Below are positions 20,201-30,769 of a DNA stretch of 33,668 nucleotides, one piece after another (position 1 is the stretch's first letter; every line of letters starts with the position of its first letter). Origin of the DNA: Halocafeteria seosinensis. Its lineage: Eukaryota. The notes under the pieces were generated by a model that searched no databases, was not told where the DNA came from, and saw only the letters and a program-made list of their open reading frames with translations. A program made the position numbers and the translations under genes. The DNA is taken from contig LVLI01000395.1 in the NCBI GenBank assembly GCA_001687465.1, positions 1 to 33,668 of the forward strand. The letters run 5' to 3'.

Positions 20201-21930
20201 CTGGGCTAGGCGGACCTGGGGCGTTGTCTGCCCTGAGTCAATCCGTTTCCCCGTGCGTTTCCGTCGCGTTATCTCGTATGGGTCTTCCTGAACTTGCGCA
20301 GTACTTGAATAATCTGTACCAGGGTGTCTCCCATAAACCATGCCCCTTCAGGTTGGGAAAGCTGGAGTACGACGCATTGAAGAGATGCATAGATAAAAAA
20401 TCTCCGTCTGAAGTGCGCGAGTCACCGATCTCTGATGATATTCCGAAAACTTTGAGATGGGTTATAGATGCGTACTGCAATGAGCAATGCGATGTAAAGT
20501 TTGTAGGCGGGTCTGGGGAAAAACCATTTGGAACCATTCTCTTGGCGCCAAAATCACACGAGAGGAACGGAGAGACTCAGACTGATCTCCAGCAAGTCAT
20601 TGATGACAATAACAATGGTCTGATTGGAGCAGCTGCTCGAGAGTATAGTACCATTGCTGAAGGTGTTCCAATGCCCGAGGTGGTCACTTGGCTTTCGGGT
20701 GCAACGACATTACGCATACCTGTCAGCAATAAAAAAGTGCACAACTTTGGGAAGTCAAGTTCCAGCTATACAGTTCATATTAAAAGGAACACCAATACCG
20801 GCAGCATTGAAGCTGATGTTGTATCTAGCGGTCATACGGCGCCTGGAAACACCGTCCAGCCCCACTCTGAACAAAACTTTAGCAAGCACGTTGCTGTGGG
20901 GAAATGGGCGGATGCAGATGAATGGGAGATGCCGAAACACTCGAAAAACAAGTTAGAAAAAGGAGAAATCGTCTCACTAGATCCGAAGAGTGGAGGGGCA
21001 TTCATCAAGGCCGCTCAGGACAAGAAACGTTTGTTTTGCTCTGACGCAGATGTCTCTGGTGATCTTCGTTCGTTCCCTATCGGTACCCTCGTAGAATTCG
21101 AGCGCATAACGGACCGTCTGCGTGGTAGTAACCGTCAAAGGGCCGCAAATGTGCGAATGTGCTCTCAACGTGAGCAAACAAACTCTGGCTCTGGGAAAGC
21201 TGAGTCCGGAAGCGTAAAGATTCTAACTTCATCCGAGTCCAAACGAGGGACGAATGTTATTCGAGGTGTTGTTTGTAAGGAGTTAACAGAATCCAAAGGT
21301 GGAATGGTTGGAGAGATTGAACCGCGATCCCTACAGGCTAGTGTCGCCGGGGATAAAGAGCTAGCAGAGACGATAGTTTCTCACAAAGCCATGCTGAATT
21401 TTGATAAGAGCGTTGAAGTAGGCACAGCTTCCGCACAGAGAATGCAGCCTACGGGACTTCTAGTTGGCGATGAGGTCGACGTGAGTTTAACGAGGGATTC
21501 CAAGGATTCTGGAAAGTTGTCGACCAAAAAGATCACCCTGACTCATCCAAACGAGGGGAGGGTGTCGGGTACAGTTGTATCCAAGAAGGATGGCTTTGGA
21601 TTTATTGCCCCGCATAAAAGAGGCGAGCCTTCTAATAATATCTACTTCAATATGAAAGATTTGTGGACGTCATTGAGTGGTATGGTTCAGAAGAGTAGTA
21701 GTGATCATAGAGCAGCCATTTCTGAAGGGGACGAAGTAGAATACTCTATGGTTACTAGGGACGGTAGGAAGTCAGCAATACGTGTTACTCCCCTGGGGAA
21801 GAAGGCTGCGTCTTCGAATCGTGAGAGAGTTGGTTCAACTGGATCTGAAAGTCGACGTGGGCGAGGAGGCCGGCGGAGACCAAATCGTTCTCGAGGAAAA
21901 GGGAATATTTCCAAAGGAGAAACGAAGTAG
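17203..21930 (+). CDS. Large multi-cold-shock-domain RNA-binding protein, CSDE1/UNR-like, 1575 aa, intronless
   Basis: Disordered acidic and RGG-rich N-terminus. CSD/OB motifs DVRIVPFGTVEFIEIS..YVGVV, VGDIVKFRIALDKRSG, REIGVV...HFGFIRS...DVYFHFDDV...GDIVAY, IGTLVEFE...RAANVR and GTVVSKKDGFGFI...IYFNMKDL...EGDEVEYS...SAIRV. Arg/Gly-rich tail. Confidence 0.8.
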   Translation: MTDLNGGAWADMIDEDELAVSDEEEEEETEESAGTGDQTQFFGGSFGSRSPGRGAPGGAPGGKRGGRGGPPHKQEQGALEMPWQDLKQQFAGGKGGRKPKAGGGQSNKTSGEASASIEQGLKKAAQQLEQKNRGNSGGAASSFWQQKQQSAVEAANAGEYVKMGTLNTWKDTSSRKNHGRDNTEADQAKSWPRGGRAAGNETQTAEPPSGSWRGRAPPSVKSTAEPPTVQQGNVNKSAQDNKASTSAPDPWDLLGARRKAATQHLGVVSAVTAHGIEIKTLEGKLFSCEEIRNKQDFSQGTEVRFMVDSEDEKVHDVRIVPFGTVEFIEISSKWYVGVVLNVPKEGNQEDSVVEKARRKATSLAWDGGAIKPAAPTAQSKRSNPSLNVYWATGKGDLSPSKDKGQVEVLGDYSSDLADSLFDPTGRSKDTGASGSKGTRLQFGSGDLAKDAAQFDATSGIEDVHRGVGVGDIVKFRIALDKRSGRSWACGICQLTSFNVMVNAAKALCRDKESPGELPSWQRYGLVTNLGDGNEYSVEVQARDGNHYLIPHPHFVQRVWRSLQTRASGVPEPAQGFPLKVGDIIRFSSVVLPPFKASNGVPGLSWAGVQSMVQDSITAGRGTASNSGERHLVSVEPVSGQDRVIHKVGVAYHIPALLLSVGEHDYGLGLPVKYVQVGWSTASSSLEDRNNMSAREVAEVQRVVNLQINRRSNGNYILTTISLSDVLLPGMMNRPKSFSLKQGDIIDVDVTFDLFSHTFGVSKAIFKQATPLFREIGVVRTTVENKPHEPKAHFGFIRSFRNERMKLKDGVPEPYDVYFHFDDVMDPDERPHLFSGDIVAYDPEIDLRPKNSASKVVDDTTPVALRGTRVMCICPARDPRGQNHHKSGFTIAEGVSAKLRKNDVDGSMEADIRPERNLLSRVLFSLGIDGVPKYRYSTEIHKKIESLFYGWSSLVAEMGFDGFNKQGERDSSSNPILSAGEGTGDIIELNEVFKKDEYLLTGLGGPGALSALSQSVSPCVSVALSRMGLPELAQYLNNLYQGVSHKPCPFRLGKLEYDALKRCIDKKSPSEVRESPISDDIPKTLRWVIDAYCNEQCDVKFVGGSGEKPFGTILLAPKSHERNGETQTDLQQVIDDNNNGLIGAAAREYSTIAEGVPMPEVVTWLSGATTLRIPVSNKKVHNFGKSSSSYTVHIKRNTNTGSIEADVVSSGHTAPGNTVQPHSEQNFSKHVAVGKWADADEWEMPKHSKNKLEKGEIVSLDPKSGGAFIKAAQDKKRLFCSDADVSGDLRSFPIGTLVEFERITDRLRGSNRQRAANVRMCSQREQTNSGSGKAESGSVKILTSSESKRGTNVIRGVVCKELTESKGGMVGEIEPRSLQASVAGDKELAETIVSHKAMLNFDKSVEVGTASAQRMQPTGLLVGDEVDVSLTRDSKDSGKLSTKKITLTHPNEGRVSGTVVSKKDGFGFIAPHKRGEPSNNIYFNMKDLWTSLSGMVQKSSSDHRAAISEGDEVEYSMVTRDGRKSAIRVTPLGKKAASSNRERVGSTGSESRRGRGGRRRPNRSRGKGNISKGETK

Positions 21931-21970
21931 CTAATTGCCAGATGCCCCTCCATATATCATTCTTTTGTAG

Positions 21971-24114
21971 CTACGATGTTTTTTCCTTGCTATGTGATTC
22001 GCGAAGGCAGCACTTTCGTATCAGAGCAGAAACAGTTCTTGTTAAGGTAAAGTATATAACAAGAACAAGTAATGTTACTGTACCGATAATGTCTATGTTA
22101 TACTTTTGGTACCATGGTAGGAAGTGCCAATAGCGGGTCAGTCCCTCTTGGCCCACCTCCGCAGTTGCCTCGATTATTTGAGCAGATCTGGATGCTCCCC
22201 CCGCAGCCAGATTATGTATCCATGCACGGCGCAAAGCATCCTTGACCGCCTGCTGCTCTATCAGTCGTTTCAGGTCCACATTTAGCAGCATTTTAAGTTT
22301 TTCGACTGAGCCTGTCAAGCTGGCTTTGTAATCGAGTGCTTTCCCAAAGCCACGATCTTCGGCTGATCGACAATTGTCGAACTGATCATTGAACAGTCCC
22401 ATGCATAAAAGAGGAGTTTGAGTATATATAGCTTCTGCTAGGCTGTTCATGCCTCCGTGAGTGATAAAGCCGGTGACCTGTGGAGCATAGGTCAGTATCC
22501 CGCTCTCCAAGGCTTTCTCTCCGAATGCTCGACACGTACCTGTTTGTGTGATAATAACGCCACCTGTACCTCCCACTCGGTAACCCACACACTGCCGGCA
22601 AGACCGGGAGGAGCTTCTTCATCAGGTAAGTCATTCGTGTTTTCCTGAACCTCTTTGGGCAAATGACCGCGATTCCGTTTCGATATGGCCCAAACATACC
22701 GAAAATGTATGTCTTCTTTCATTGCTTCGTACAATCGCGCTAGCAGTTCTGCGATACCAGCACTCATAGTGCCAAACGACACGTAAACAACAGGGACATC
22801 TGTGGAAGTGATCCATTTGGCCAGTTGCGGATCGATCCCTTTCAATGCGTCTTCTGGAATGGTACGGATCATGTTGACAAGCTGAAGCACTCGAAACGAT
22901 ATCGCATCGAAGAACGTACCCTCAAAATTGTTGGTATTTCCCACCAGGAACTCGTTGGGAGAAAGAGGTCTGGGGTGTTGTATACCCCAATGAGTATTAT
23001 ACAACGCAGGCCACTGGGTCAGCATATAGAATCGACGAAAGCATGGGTAGGTGCATAGGTTGAACAAGTTTTTTCAGTTGGAACACTTACCCCTTCAAAG
23101 TTCAAAGTGTAATCCTCAGCCTTTGGTACACTGAAGTATTCCCGGTTTCCAAAATAGACGTTCTTAAGGTATAGCGGCGTAATTACATATCTTCCCAGAA
23201 AGAGAGTTGCCAGTGCCTTTAGTCGATTAAAGAACCTATTCCTGAACGGGGGTATGCAACAGTAATGACATTGCTCTTCTATTCGTTCATACGCCTTCTC
23301 TCGTCAACCTACATTTTATATGAACTGACTCCCGATCCGTGAGGGGGAGTATCCAAGGGGGCTGTATAGATATCTCGAAGCCCTGTGCCTACTCGAGCTA
23401 CTCTTGGGATGTCGTATTTAGCCGCTAGATCCGAAGCGCAAAATGAATCGGCGTCATATACAATGACGTCCGGTCTGTTTCTTGGATCTTGGTACCACTT
23501 CATCAATGGTTCACCTGCGTCAACCAACGGCATTCAGCAGAGTTGTCTAAGTATGAAGTCCAATTATTTTCGACAAAATACCAACATACACATTTGACGA
23601 TTCACAATGCGCATATTTTCCATCATCAAAAACAGATCATCTATCGATTCCTGCATGTTTCAAAGGAGTACTTGCGTAACTCATCATCTCGCTTCCTCAG
23701 AGGACTGAACAAGCTCGTGCACCCAAGGCGACGTGTACATACACTTTTGATCAATCGCGTCATGACTTCTTCTCGATTTTCATCGTATACCGGACAATTC
23801 CCGCCACTGACAAAAGTTATGTTATATCTTTCCGAAAGCCGATCTTGCTCAAAATGCCCCCGGCTCTGTTCGCACAATAAAAACGACACTTCGTGTTTCC
23901 GCGGCGAAGACGCCATGTAAGTGGCAATGTCTTTGATCGTCTTATAGTGCCCGTACATGGGTAACGTGAGCACATGAACGCGCAATTTCCGCCCTGCAAT
24001 ATCCCCTCCGAGCTCCTCCGCGACCGCACTTCCACATTGGAAACTACATAGTAGGGCCACTACAGATACGAGTGCTTTCATTCCCATTTTGGGTTTTTTC
24101 GGCACTTGGGACAT
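21971..24114 (-). CDS. Membrane-anchored UDP-glycosyltransferase (GT1, UDP-glucuronosyltransferase-like), about 566 aa
   Basis: Exons 24114-23743, 23650-23590, 23514-23313, 23241-23091, 23013-22920, 22853-22540 and 22477-21971 (1701 nt). Signal peptide, catalytic-His region PMYGHY, PDVIVYD, VVYVSFGT, UDPGT signature WEVQVALLSHKQVTGFITHGGMNSLAEAIY..TPLLCMGLFNDQ, C-terminal TM and KEKTS end. The start may be a later Met. Confidence 0.9.
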
Positions 24115-24579
24115 AGACCACTGGTACAAACTGAGGTTTGATGAAAGATCAACACTAGCTTTCTGCTGCTGAATGAAAGAGCTTCACAGGTGACGGTTGA
24201 TGGGAAATCCATGGCCAATGTGGGAAGTTCAATGGGAACTTGCAACTTGCTAACAACAAGAAGAGCGAGCTATGAGGGAACATTTCTACACTCCAACAAT
24301 GAACGGAACTCGAATAAATAGCATTTTAAGGTGCTGAGCGACTGCAGGGATGAAAATCAACTTGCGGTGGAGTTGTTCAATTATTATATTGCAGTTGTAA
24401 TGCATTTTCCTTCTCGATCGAATCGTACAGAATGAAAATATCATTAGAGTGATCATGGATTTACTATACGGAACTATTGATGCTTCCCTCGAGTCTCTCT
24501 TCTCCAAGACAGAGCATAGACTATCTACCCAACTCTGGTATCCACTTATGCTACCACGAGCTGAACCCTATGTTCTGAA

Positions 24580-25583
24580 TTACTTGTGCTTCCGACTCTT
24601 CTCCAAATATCCATGTATTCCTTGATTTATTAACCCTGAAACGGCATATAAGCCTCCAACAATAGCGCATACAGATGTCAAAAACTGGAAGAAAGACTTC
24701 CTTGTCTCTTTTGTTTCCACGAGGATTGGCGATACATCATATTTGAAGATCACACTGGGCTGAGAGTTAAACGGAGATGTGGGATCTTTATAATTAACAA
24801 ATTCTGTTACTGAAAACTGCTCGCTGTCAACCACATCTCCATCAATCGATTTGTACACAGTCGGCACAAGTTGCACAAAGTACTGAAATTCCGCCGCGGC
24901 TGCAGGAAGCACATTCACAACCCACAAAGTTATTGGATAGCTAAAAACTCAAACCAAGAAATCGATGACCTGTACGTACGTTTGGTGGCTATTTGCCTCG
25001 TATTCTCCAGAGGCCTAGACTGTCCTGGGAAAGTCGGTCCAAAGCTGAGGTGCTCAATCTCATGACTTACGTTGAAATTCGCCACTTGCTCATAGGAGAG
25101 CAAGTGCGTATGATGTCCACCGACTTCACGAGACGTCAAATGATGAGCCATGGTGAAAAAGAACGCCCCGGCCACCTTCTTGAGCTCCAACGAGCCTCCA
25201 ATGTGGCATTGGGGCTGCTTTTGCGTCTCTTTTTCCTCTTCCTCCGTCAAATCTTCTTTGAATAGATGCCGCCTCGATACATCATAGGGGACACCTTTAT
25301 TATCTAATGCTCCTATATCGATATCATCGCATTTAAGAGCCAAAAACTTGATATCTAACGTGATATGGAGGTCTCTCTGCCCTTGTCTCGTATCGACACG
25401 TGCATGGTCCACTACTTGCACTTTACGATACCATGCTAGTTCAGATAGAAACAGTGAGGTCATAATAATCACACCTAGAACTGTAATACAGGCGCCCAGA
25501 CCCGTCTTGCGCTGTACATGACTGGTTTTGGCCTTGGAGAAGGTGTCAAATGACTGCATACGACGCAGCATTGGGCCCATCAT
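24580..25583 (-). CDS. ER-Golgi intermediate compartment protein (ERGIC1-3/Erv41-Erv46 family), 307 aa
   Basis: Exons 25583-24980 and 24899-24580. Motifs FDTFSK...TGLGACIT, CHIGGSLELKKVAGAF, FNVSHEIEHLSFGPTFPGQSRPLE, FQYFVQLVPTVY, FKYDVSPI, FLTSVCAIVGG. Two TM helices. Confidence 0.92.
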
Positions 25584-25905
25584 CGTGGCAAGAATGACGC
25601 TCTTATGGTATATATCCTTCCCCCCACCACATTATATTCATCAATCAATTCGTCACCGAGAGCAGGACTGCAGTCTGCATTGATCAGCCATCCTCATGTG
25701 AATGTGAACGTGGATCATCCCATTACCTACAACGTCATAGAGGGTAATACAAGTGTCAAATAGAATTGGATTGATAGGGTAGTGTAGAGACACACTTCAA
25801 CAAGAGAAGAATTGACTCGTGGCTCTTGGTTTGGGAACAAAAGGAAGAGGACCCATCAATGTTTGGGTAAGAGCGAGGGTGACGTTCGCGTGGTTTAAGG
25901 AGAAC

Positions 25906-27495
25906 ATGGAGCTGCAGGCACCGTACGACAAAGCGGATGGGCTTCTATCAGAAGCCCCGCTGGTGGTGGAGAGGAACTCGGAGGATCAGAGCTCTCCTGA
26001 GGAAACCAACAACAGGGACGATATAGGAGATACCAAGAACCGCAATATTTCGGAAAACATTTGTCTGGGCCTGATCGTACTTTATGTCTTCTTGAAAGAA
26101 TTCAAGCCAAGCGAACCTTATTTGACAGACTACCTAGTGTACGACAGAGGATTCAGCCAAGAGGATACGTATCAAAAGATCTATCCGGTATGGACATATT
26201 CAGCTCTGGCTGTTGCGGCAGTTGTGGCACTTACTGTCGACCAGCTCCCACATTACAAGTATCTGGTCGTGCTCGAGGGACTCGCCTACTTGCTGACTCG
26301 TGTATTAATCATATTTGGTAGATCGGTTGTGAGTCAGCAAATTATGCAGTTTACATATGCGGTGGCGACTAGCACAGAAGTAGGGTATACGTCTTACGTG
26401 TATTTGACCCTCAGCCGAAGAAGATTTCATTTTGCCACCGGCTGCATTCGTGCTGCGCAACTATTAGGTACATTTAGCAGTGCAGGTCTGGCCCAGGTGT
26501 TTATCGCCGTTGCTTACGAAGGGGACCACAAAAAGGTTCCGTACATGACGCTAAACTGGATTTCTTTCGCTTCCGTGTCATTGGCGGTCATTGTTGCGTT
26601 GATGCTGCCTAAATTTGCTGACTCAGAGGTGTGGTCTCCTTTCTTGCAAAGAGTTCTGGATGGGTTTCGACGTTGTGCCTGCTGCAGTCGAGCTACTGGA
26701 GACAAGGGCTATATCGAGGTTGATAATGAGGAAGGCGACGAGGATGAATTTTATTCATCAGCCGTAGAACTGACAAGAGATGGGAGCCAAACTGCTGAAG
26801 CTGAATCACAGCTACTCAGATCTGATACAGCGAAGCCTCTCTCATTCATGAAGAACATCAAACAGAAGGCACGATTAGCACTATTGTCTCTGAAGGAATT
26901 CTTAAGAAAGCCAGTCCATCAAGAAATGGCCGTGATATATTCATTTTCATTGGCTTCACTTTATCAAGCTCAAAACTATTCGCAGAACTTTTGGGACTCG
27001 GTAAACGGGGGATCATCTACGTGGAATGGAGGCGTGACCGCGCTTGCGACGTTATTCGCTGCAGGTGCTTCATATGCCATTACAAACTTTAGAAGCGGTT
27101 TACTCTTAGGCAGAAAAGATGTCACGATTCTCTTCACTGCATGCGCTGGGCTGACTTTATTGCTACCAGCTCTGCTGCACTTTACCGGAGCAATATGGTT
27201 CGCTTATGGAGCCTGGGTATTGTTCCGGACGTTTGTTTCTGCGATAATCAGTATTTCGCAGTTTCGCATAGCTAGAGGTGCTTCTCATCGAGACAAGCGC
27301 TATGGAACCCTTTACGGAGTGTTCTCGTTCCTGGGTTTGCTTGTTGCTTCGGTGCTTCAATTCATTGTTGGGAAGCAAGGACTGCATTTGGATGTTCGTA
27401 TTCAGTTCATCGTTTATGCCATCTTCCTATGGGCTTTCGTCGGAGCTTTACCTATTCTTCTCATGTTTCGATGTTGCAAAGCGTCCGTTGACTAG
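25906..27495 (+). CDS. SLC19 family reduced-folate/thiamine carrier, 529 aa, intronless
   Basis: Motifs FLKEFKPSEPYLTDYL, IYPVWTYS, QIMQFTYAVATSTEVGYTSYVY, NYSQNFW, WNGGV. About 12 hydrophobic segments with a central hydrophilic loop. First ATG at 25906. Confidence 0.92.
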   Translation: MELQAPYDKADGLLSEAPLVVERNSEDQSSPEETNNRDDIGDTKNRNISENICLGLIVLYVFLKEFKPSEPYLTDYLVYDRGFSQEDTYQKIYPVWTYSALAVAAVVALTVDQLPHYKYLVVLEGLAYLLTRVLIIFGRSVVSQQIMQFTYAVATSTEVGYTSYVYLTLSRRRFHFATGCIRAAQLLGTFSSAGLAQVFIAVAYEGDHKKVPYMTLNWISFASVSLAVIVALMLPKFADSEVWSPFLQRVLDGFRRCACCSRATGDKGYIEVDNEEGDEDEFYSSAVELTRDGSQTAEAESQLLRSDTAKPLSFMKNIKQKARLALLSLKEFLRKPVHQEMAVIYSFSLASLYQAQNYSQNFWDSVNGGSSTWNGGVTALATLFAAGASYAITNFRSGLLLGRKDVTILFTACAGLTLLLPALLHFTGAIWFAYGAWVLFRTFVSAIISISQFRIARGASHRDKRYGTLYGVFSFLGLLVASVLQFIVGKQGLHLDVRIQFIVYAIFLWAFVGALPILLMFRCCKASVD

Positions 27496-27949
27496 CTGAA
27501 TGGAACCCTCTGCCCTCTGGTCTTGCAGATGAAAAGTGTCACCGAATTCGGAGGGATGTCTCCAACCAATAGTAGTCCCTGACCAAATATTTACTGTCTT
27601 TGTCCGAATGTTTGGGAAATTCTACTTCCAGGACGTTCCGTTTTCTTATCAGTTCTGGTTAGTAACCAACCACTTCACTTCCCTTTTGCACGGTGGTAGG
27701 TAACTCTGAGCAGTGGTACAGTAAGCATCAAGAAGCAGCGAAACCGATAATTAAGCAAACCACCACACTAATGTTACATTACCAATTTCCAATGCCCGTC
27801 TCCGTTCGAAGTTTACGGCAGTTGACTCATCTAGGTTGAGTTGAGCTTTTTTGGTTTGCGGTTACGACAAACACTAATACTCCAAGGAGGTATTGTATTG
27901 TTGTTTAAGCGTCTATTTCACCTGTGCGCTGCCTGTCGCTCGTGTGGGG

Positions 27950-29250
27950 ATGTATTCTCCTCCTGCCGAAGCTCCTGGAGCTCTCCCCGAGTCGTCTCCG
28001 GTGCGACAATGGCTCAAAGAATGGGTGAATGAAACAGAACCTTGGGTTGTCTCATTTCAACACTTGCTCGGGGTGCATTCCAAGGCCGGAAGCTCCAGTC
28101 GAGTGGTCCACGCCCTCATGTCCATAGGCGCTTCCTTGGGCAATGAGCTATGGTTTCTGACCTTCTTCCCAACACTCTTTTGGGGCTGGGATATGTATGT
28201 GGGACGCCATGTGTTTTACTTATGGATCTTTCTCTACTTCAGTGGCCAATTTCTCAAGGACTTTCTACGGCTTCCCCGGCCCTCTCTGCCTCAGATATTC
28301 ACCCTGGAGGAGCACTATTCAGTGGAGTATGGTCTCCCGTCAACACATGCAATGAATGCCGTCTCTATGCCCGTGTATTTGACGATACTGTCGTGGGACC
28401 GTCTAACGCCCGAATCCCCCAAGTGGCCCCTAGTGGTGCTCACCGCTACGTGGATTATTTTATGTTGCGCCAGTCGCTTATACATGGGCGTCCATAGCCC
28501 TGCCGATGTCGTCGCTGGCATACTCGTGGGCATCGCTGGCTTGTATGGAATGTCCAATTGGGGAGACGTACTGGATCGGTTTGTTATACACTCGGAATGG
28601 AGTCCATTCGTAATTCCACTCATGGCTGCAGGAGCTATATGGGTACGTGCTACTATGGGACTCTGTTTGAGCACATTTTTACATGCTTCCCGGTAGGGAA
28701 TAAACCATTTGTTTACATTTTGCAGGCTTATCCGCGCCCGGTTCAGTGGGTGAATTCTCCGGGCGATACTGCTTTAATTGTGGCTTCAGGAGTCGGTGCA
28801 GCACTAGGCATGCATGCTCACAAGCAACCTCAGCTGGATGCAATCGATTGCCAGCACTGTTTAGAATATCCGGCACTTAATTCAGCAATATGGGCTATCC
28901 CGAAAATGTTGACTGGATTCTTCCTGATTCTGTTAACAAGGGCGGTATTTAAATCCCTGATGGCTCCACTTTGTCTCTGGATGGCAGGTCCACTACCTCC
29001 AAAGAAAAAGGAAAGCTCAACAAGTTCTGAAACTATTCAAGCAGTCCGATGCGAAAGTGTGGAACCCGTGGAAAATAAATCGGTAAATGGGAAAGTGGAA
29101 GAAACGGCTGTTGACCATGAAGAGTTTTTCAGACAGAACCCATTAAGTCGCTACGAAGTGGAAATCCCGCTAAAATTTCTCACATATATACCGGTTGGCT
29201 TTAATACTTTTTGTGTCATCCCTTTGTTGTTTGAGTTTCTCGGAGTATGA
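27950..29250 (+). CDS. Sphingosine-1-phosphate phosphatase (PAP2 family, SGPP-like), about 405 aa
   Basis: Exons 27950-28642 and 28726-29250. Motifs LGNELWFLTFFP, PAP2 triad KDFLRLPRP / EYGLPSTHA / SRLYMGVHSPADV, SPGDTA, RYEVEIPLKFLTY. The 5' end is uncertain. Confidence 0.92.
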
Positions 29251-29287
29251 TACCAATTGTGAAGAATACACAAGAAAGTAACGTGTC

Positions 29288-30769
29288 TCATTGATCTACG
29301 TGGATAGCAAGGTCTTTCGGAGCGTAAGCTGCTAACCCGCTTTCCTGAAGCGGAACCACTATCAACGGCGTTCCCTTGTGCTGGATGTACCCCACTTGAC
29401 GGAAAGCAGCATCTCCTAATCCATCAGCAGGGAAAGCCGAGAAACCTATGCTACTTCCCTGGGAATTCAACGAGGTTCTTACAAGTATAATTCCAGCCTG
29501 AGCAGTGGTAGCGTGGGAGCTTCTTGAGACACCGGCACCTATAATGTATTCTATTGATGAGTTCCCCACGGATCCAGCTGTACTTATTGGAGCAGTAAAA
29601 CTGAATGTTTGACCTTGGTTAGTAAGCTGAATAGAGCCTACTCGGTGGCCTGTTGCTGGATTTATTTTCAACAATTCCTCAAACTCTGTTGCCGATAGCC
29701 AGAGTGTCTGGTTTCCGACGCTTGTATATATATTCGACAACGCCATTGAAACATTAGAACCTTGTATCGCGACGTCTTGCTGCCACGCTATCTGTCCTGG
29801 TGTGGACCCCATTAAGTCTTTGAGGGCGTAGAGGCGTAGCAAACCACTAGAAGCATCATGTAAACCATAGATCAATAGCTTGTTCCGGTCCGTGACACTC
29901 TTTCCCGCGACAACAGGTCCAACAAGTATCTCAGTGGTACTACAAGAGAAGGGGAGATTCCAGCGTTGTAGGAGACGACCATCTATTTGATTCATTTGGT
30001 CCACTGCAACCACAGCGCAGTAGGTGCTCTGCATTTGTGTAGGGCGCAAACGCGAGGGTTTACTGCTGCCAAATTGAGTCAAGTAGAACAAGCGGGATCC
30101 AATGATGGCGGGTGAGGTAATTGGATGAAATGTACCAGATTGGCCTTCGACGCTTCCCGTCAGATAGATTTTCGCCAACGGTCGTCCATCACCATCATAG
30201 CCGAATATGAGATCCGAAGTCCCTTGATAATGGGGGATGTGCTGAACAGCAAACATCACAATGCTGCTATTCGTCACTGTCGGGGATATCATCGCAGAAG
30301 TGTCTTTTATCGGTGGGTCAATGTTACGAACCCAATTCGAAGCGAGGTTCGGAGCTAACGAAAACACATCTCTGCTGCTCCATGTAATTAACTGGCACTT
30401 GTCGTCCACAACGGGCACAGATTTGGATCCTTCCAAAGAAGCCAACGAAAAATTACCGACGACCGTTCCGCTACTGTTGAATGCCGTAAAGCCTCCACTC
30501 CATCGGCACGTCACTTGAGTCCCGCAGTCAATGCACACGTTAGATTCAGGCGAGGAGGAGAATGTGTTCTGCGCAGGATTCCGCCAAACGAGACTCAGTT
30601 CCAACGAAGCGTCGTGGCTCCACAACGGTTCCCGAAAGTGGTGCGTGTTGAATACATCGCATCCTTGCTTGGGACATGATGGTTGATTATCAGCATGAAC
30701 CACATGCACCAGAAGCAGCAGCAGTAGAATCCACGGAGTGGTCGCTGCTGTAGCGTTCCAGGGACGCAT
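29288..30769 (-). CDS. Secreted hypothetical protein, possibly a beta-propeller, 493 aa, intronless
   Basis: Long ORF with a clear signal peptide (PWILLLLLLVHVVHA|D), Cys-rich N-terminus and several N-x-S/T sites. PQQ/BamB-like blade hints (SPAIIGSRLFY, LLQRW, QIAWQ). The fold call is weak. Confidence 0.75.
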   Translation of the reverse strand: MRPWNATAATTPWILLLLLLVHVVHADNQPSCPKQGCDVFNTHHFREPLWSHDASLELSLVWRNPAQNTFSSSPESNVCIDCGTQVTCRWSGGFTAFNSSGTVVGNFSLASLEGSKSVPVVDDKCQLITWSSRDVFSLAPNLASNWVRNIDPPIKDTSAMISPTVTNSSIVMFAVQHIPHYQGTSDLIFGYDGDGRPLAKIYLTGSVEGQSGTFHPITSPAIIGSRLFYLTQFGSSKPSRLRPTQMQSTYCAVVAVDQMNQIDGRLLQRWNLPFSCSTTEILVGPVVAGKSVTDRNKLLIYGLHDASSGLLRLYALKDLMGSTPGQIAWQQDVAIQGSNVSMALSNIYTSVGNQTLWLSATEFEELLKINPATGHRVGSIQLTNQGQTFSFTAPISTAGSVGNSSIEYIIGAGVSRSSHATTAQAGIILVRTSLNSQGSSIGFSAFPADGLGDAAFRQVGYIQHKGTPLIVVPLQESGLAAYAPKDLAIHVDQ

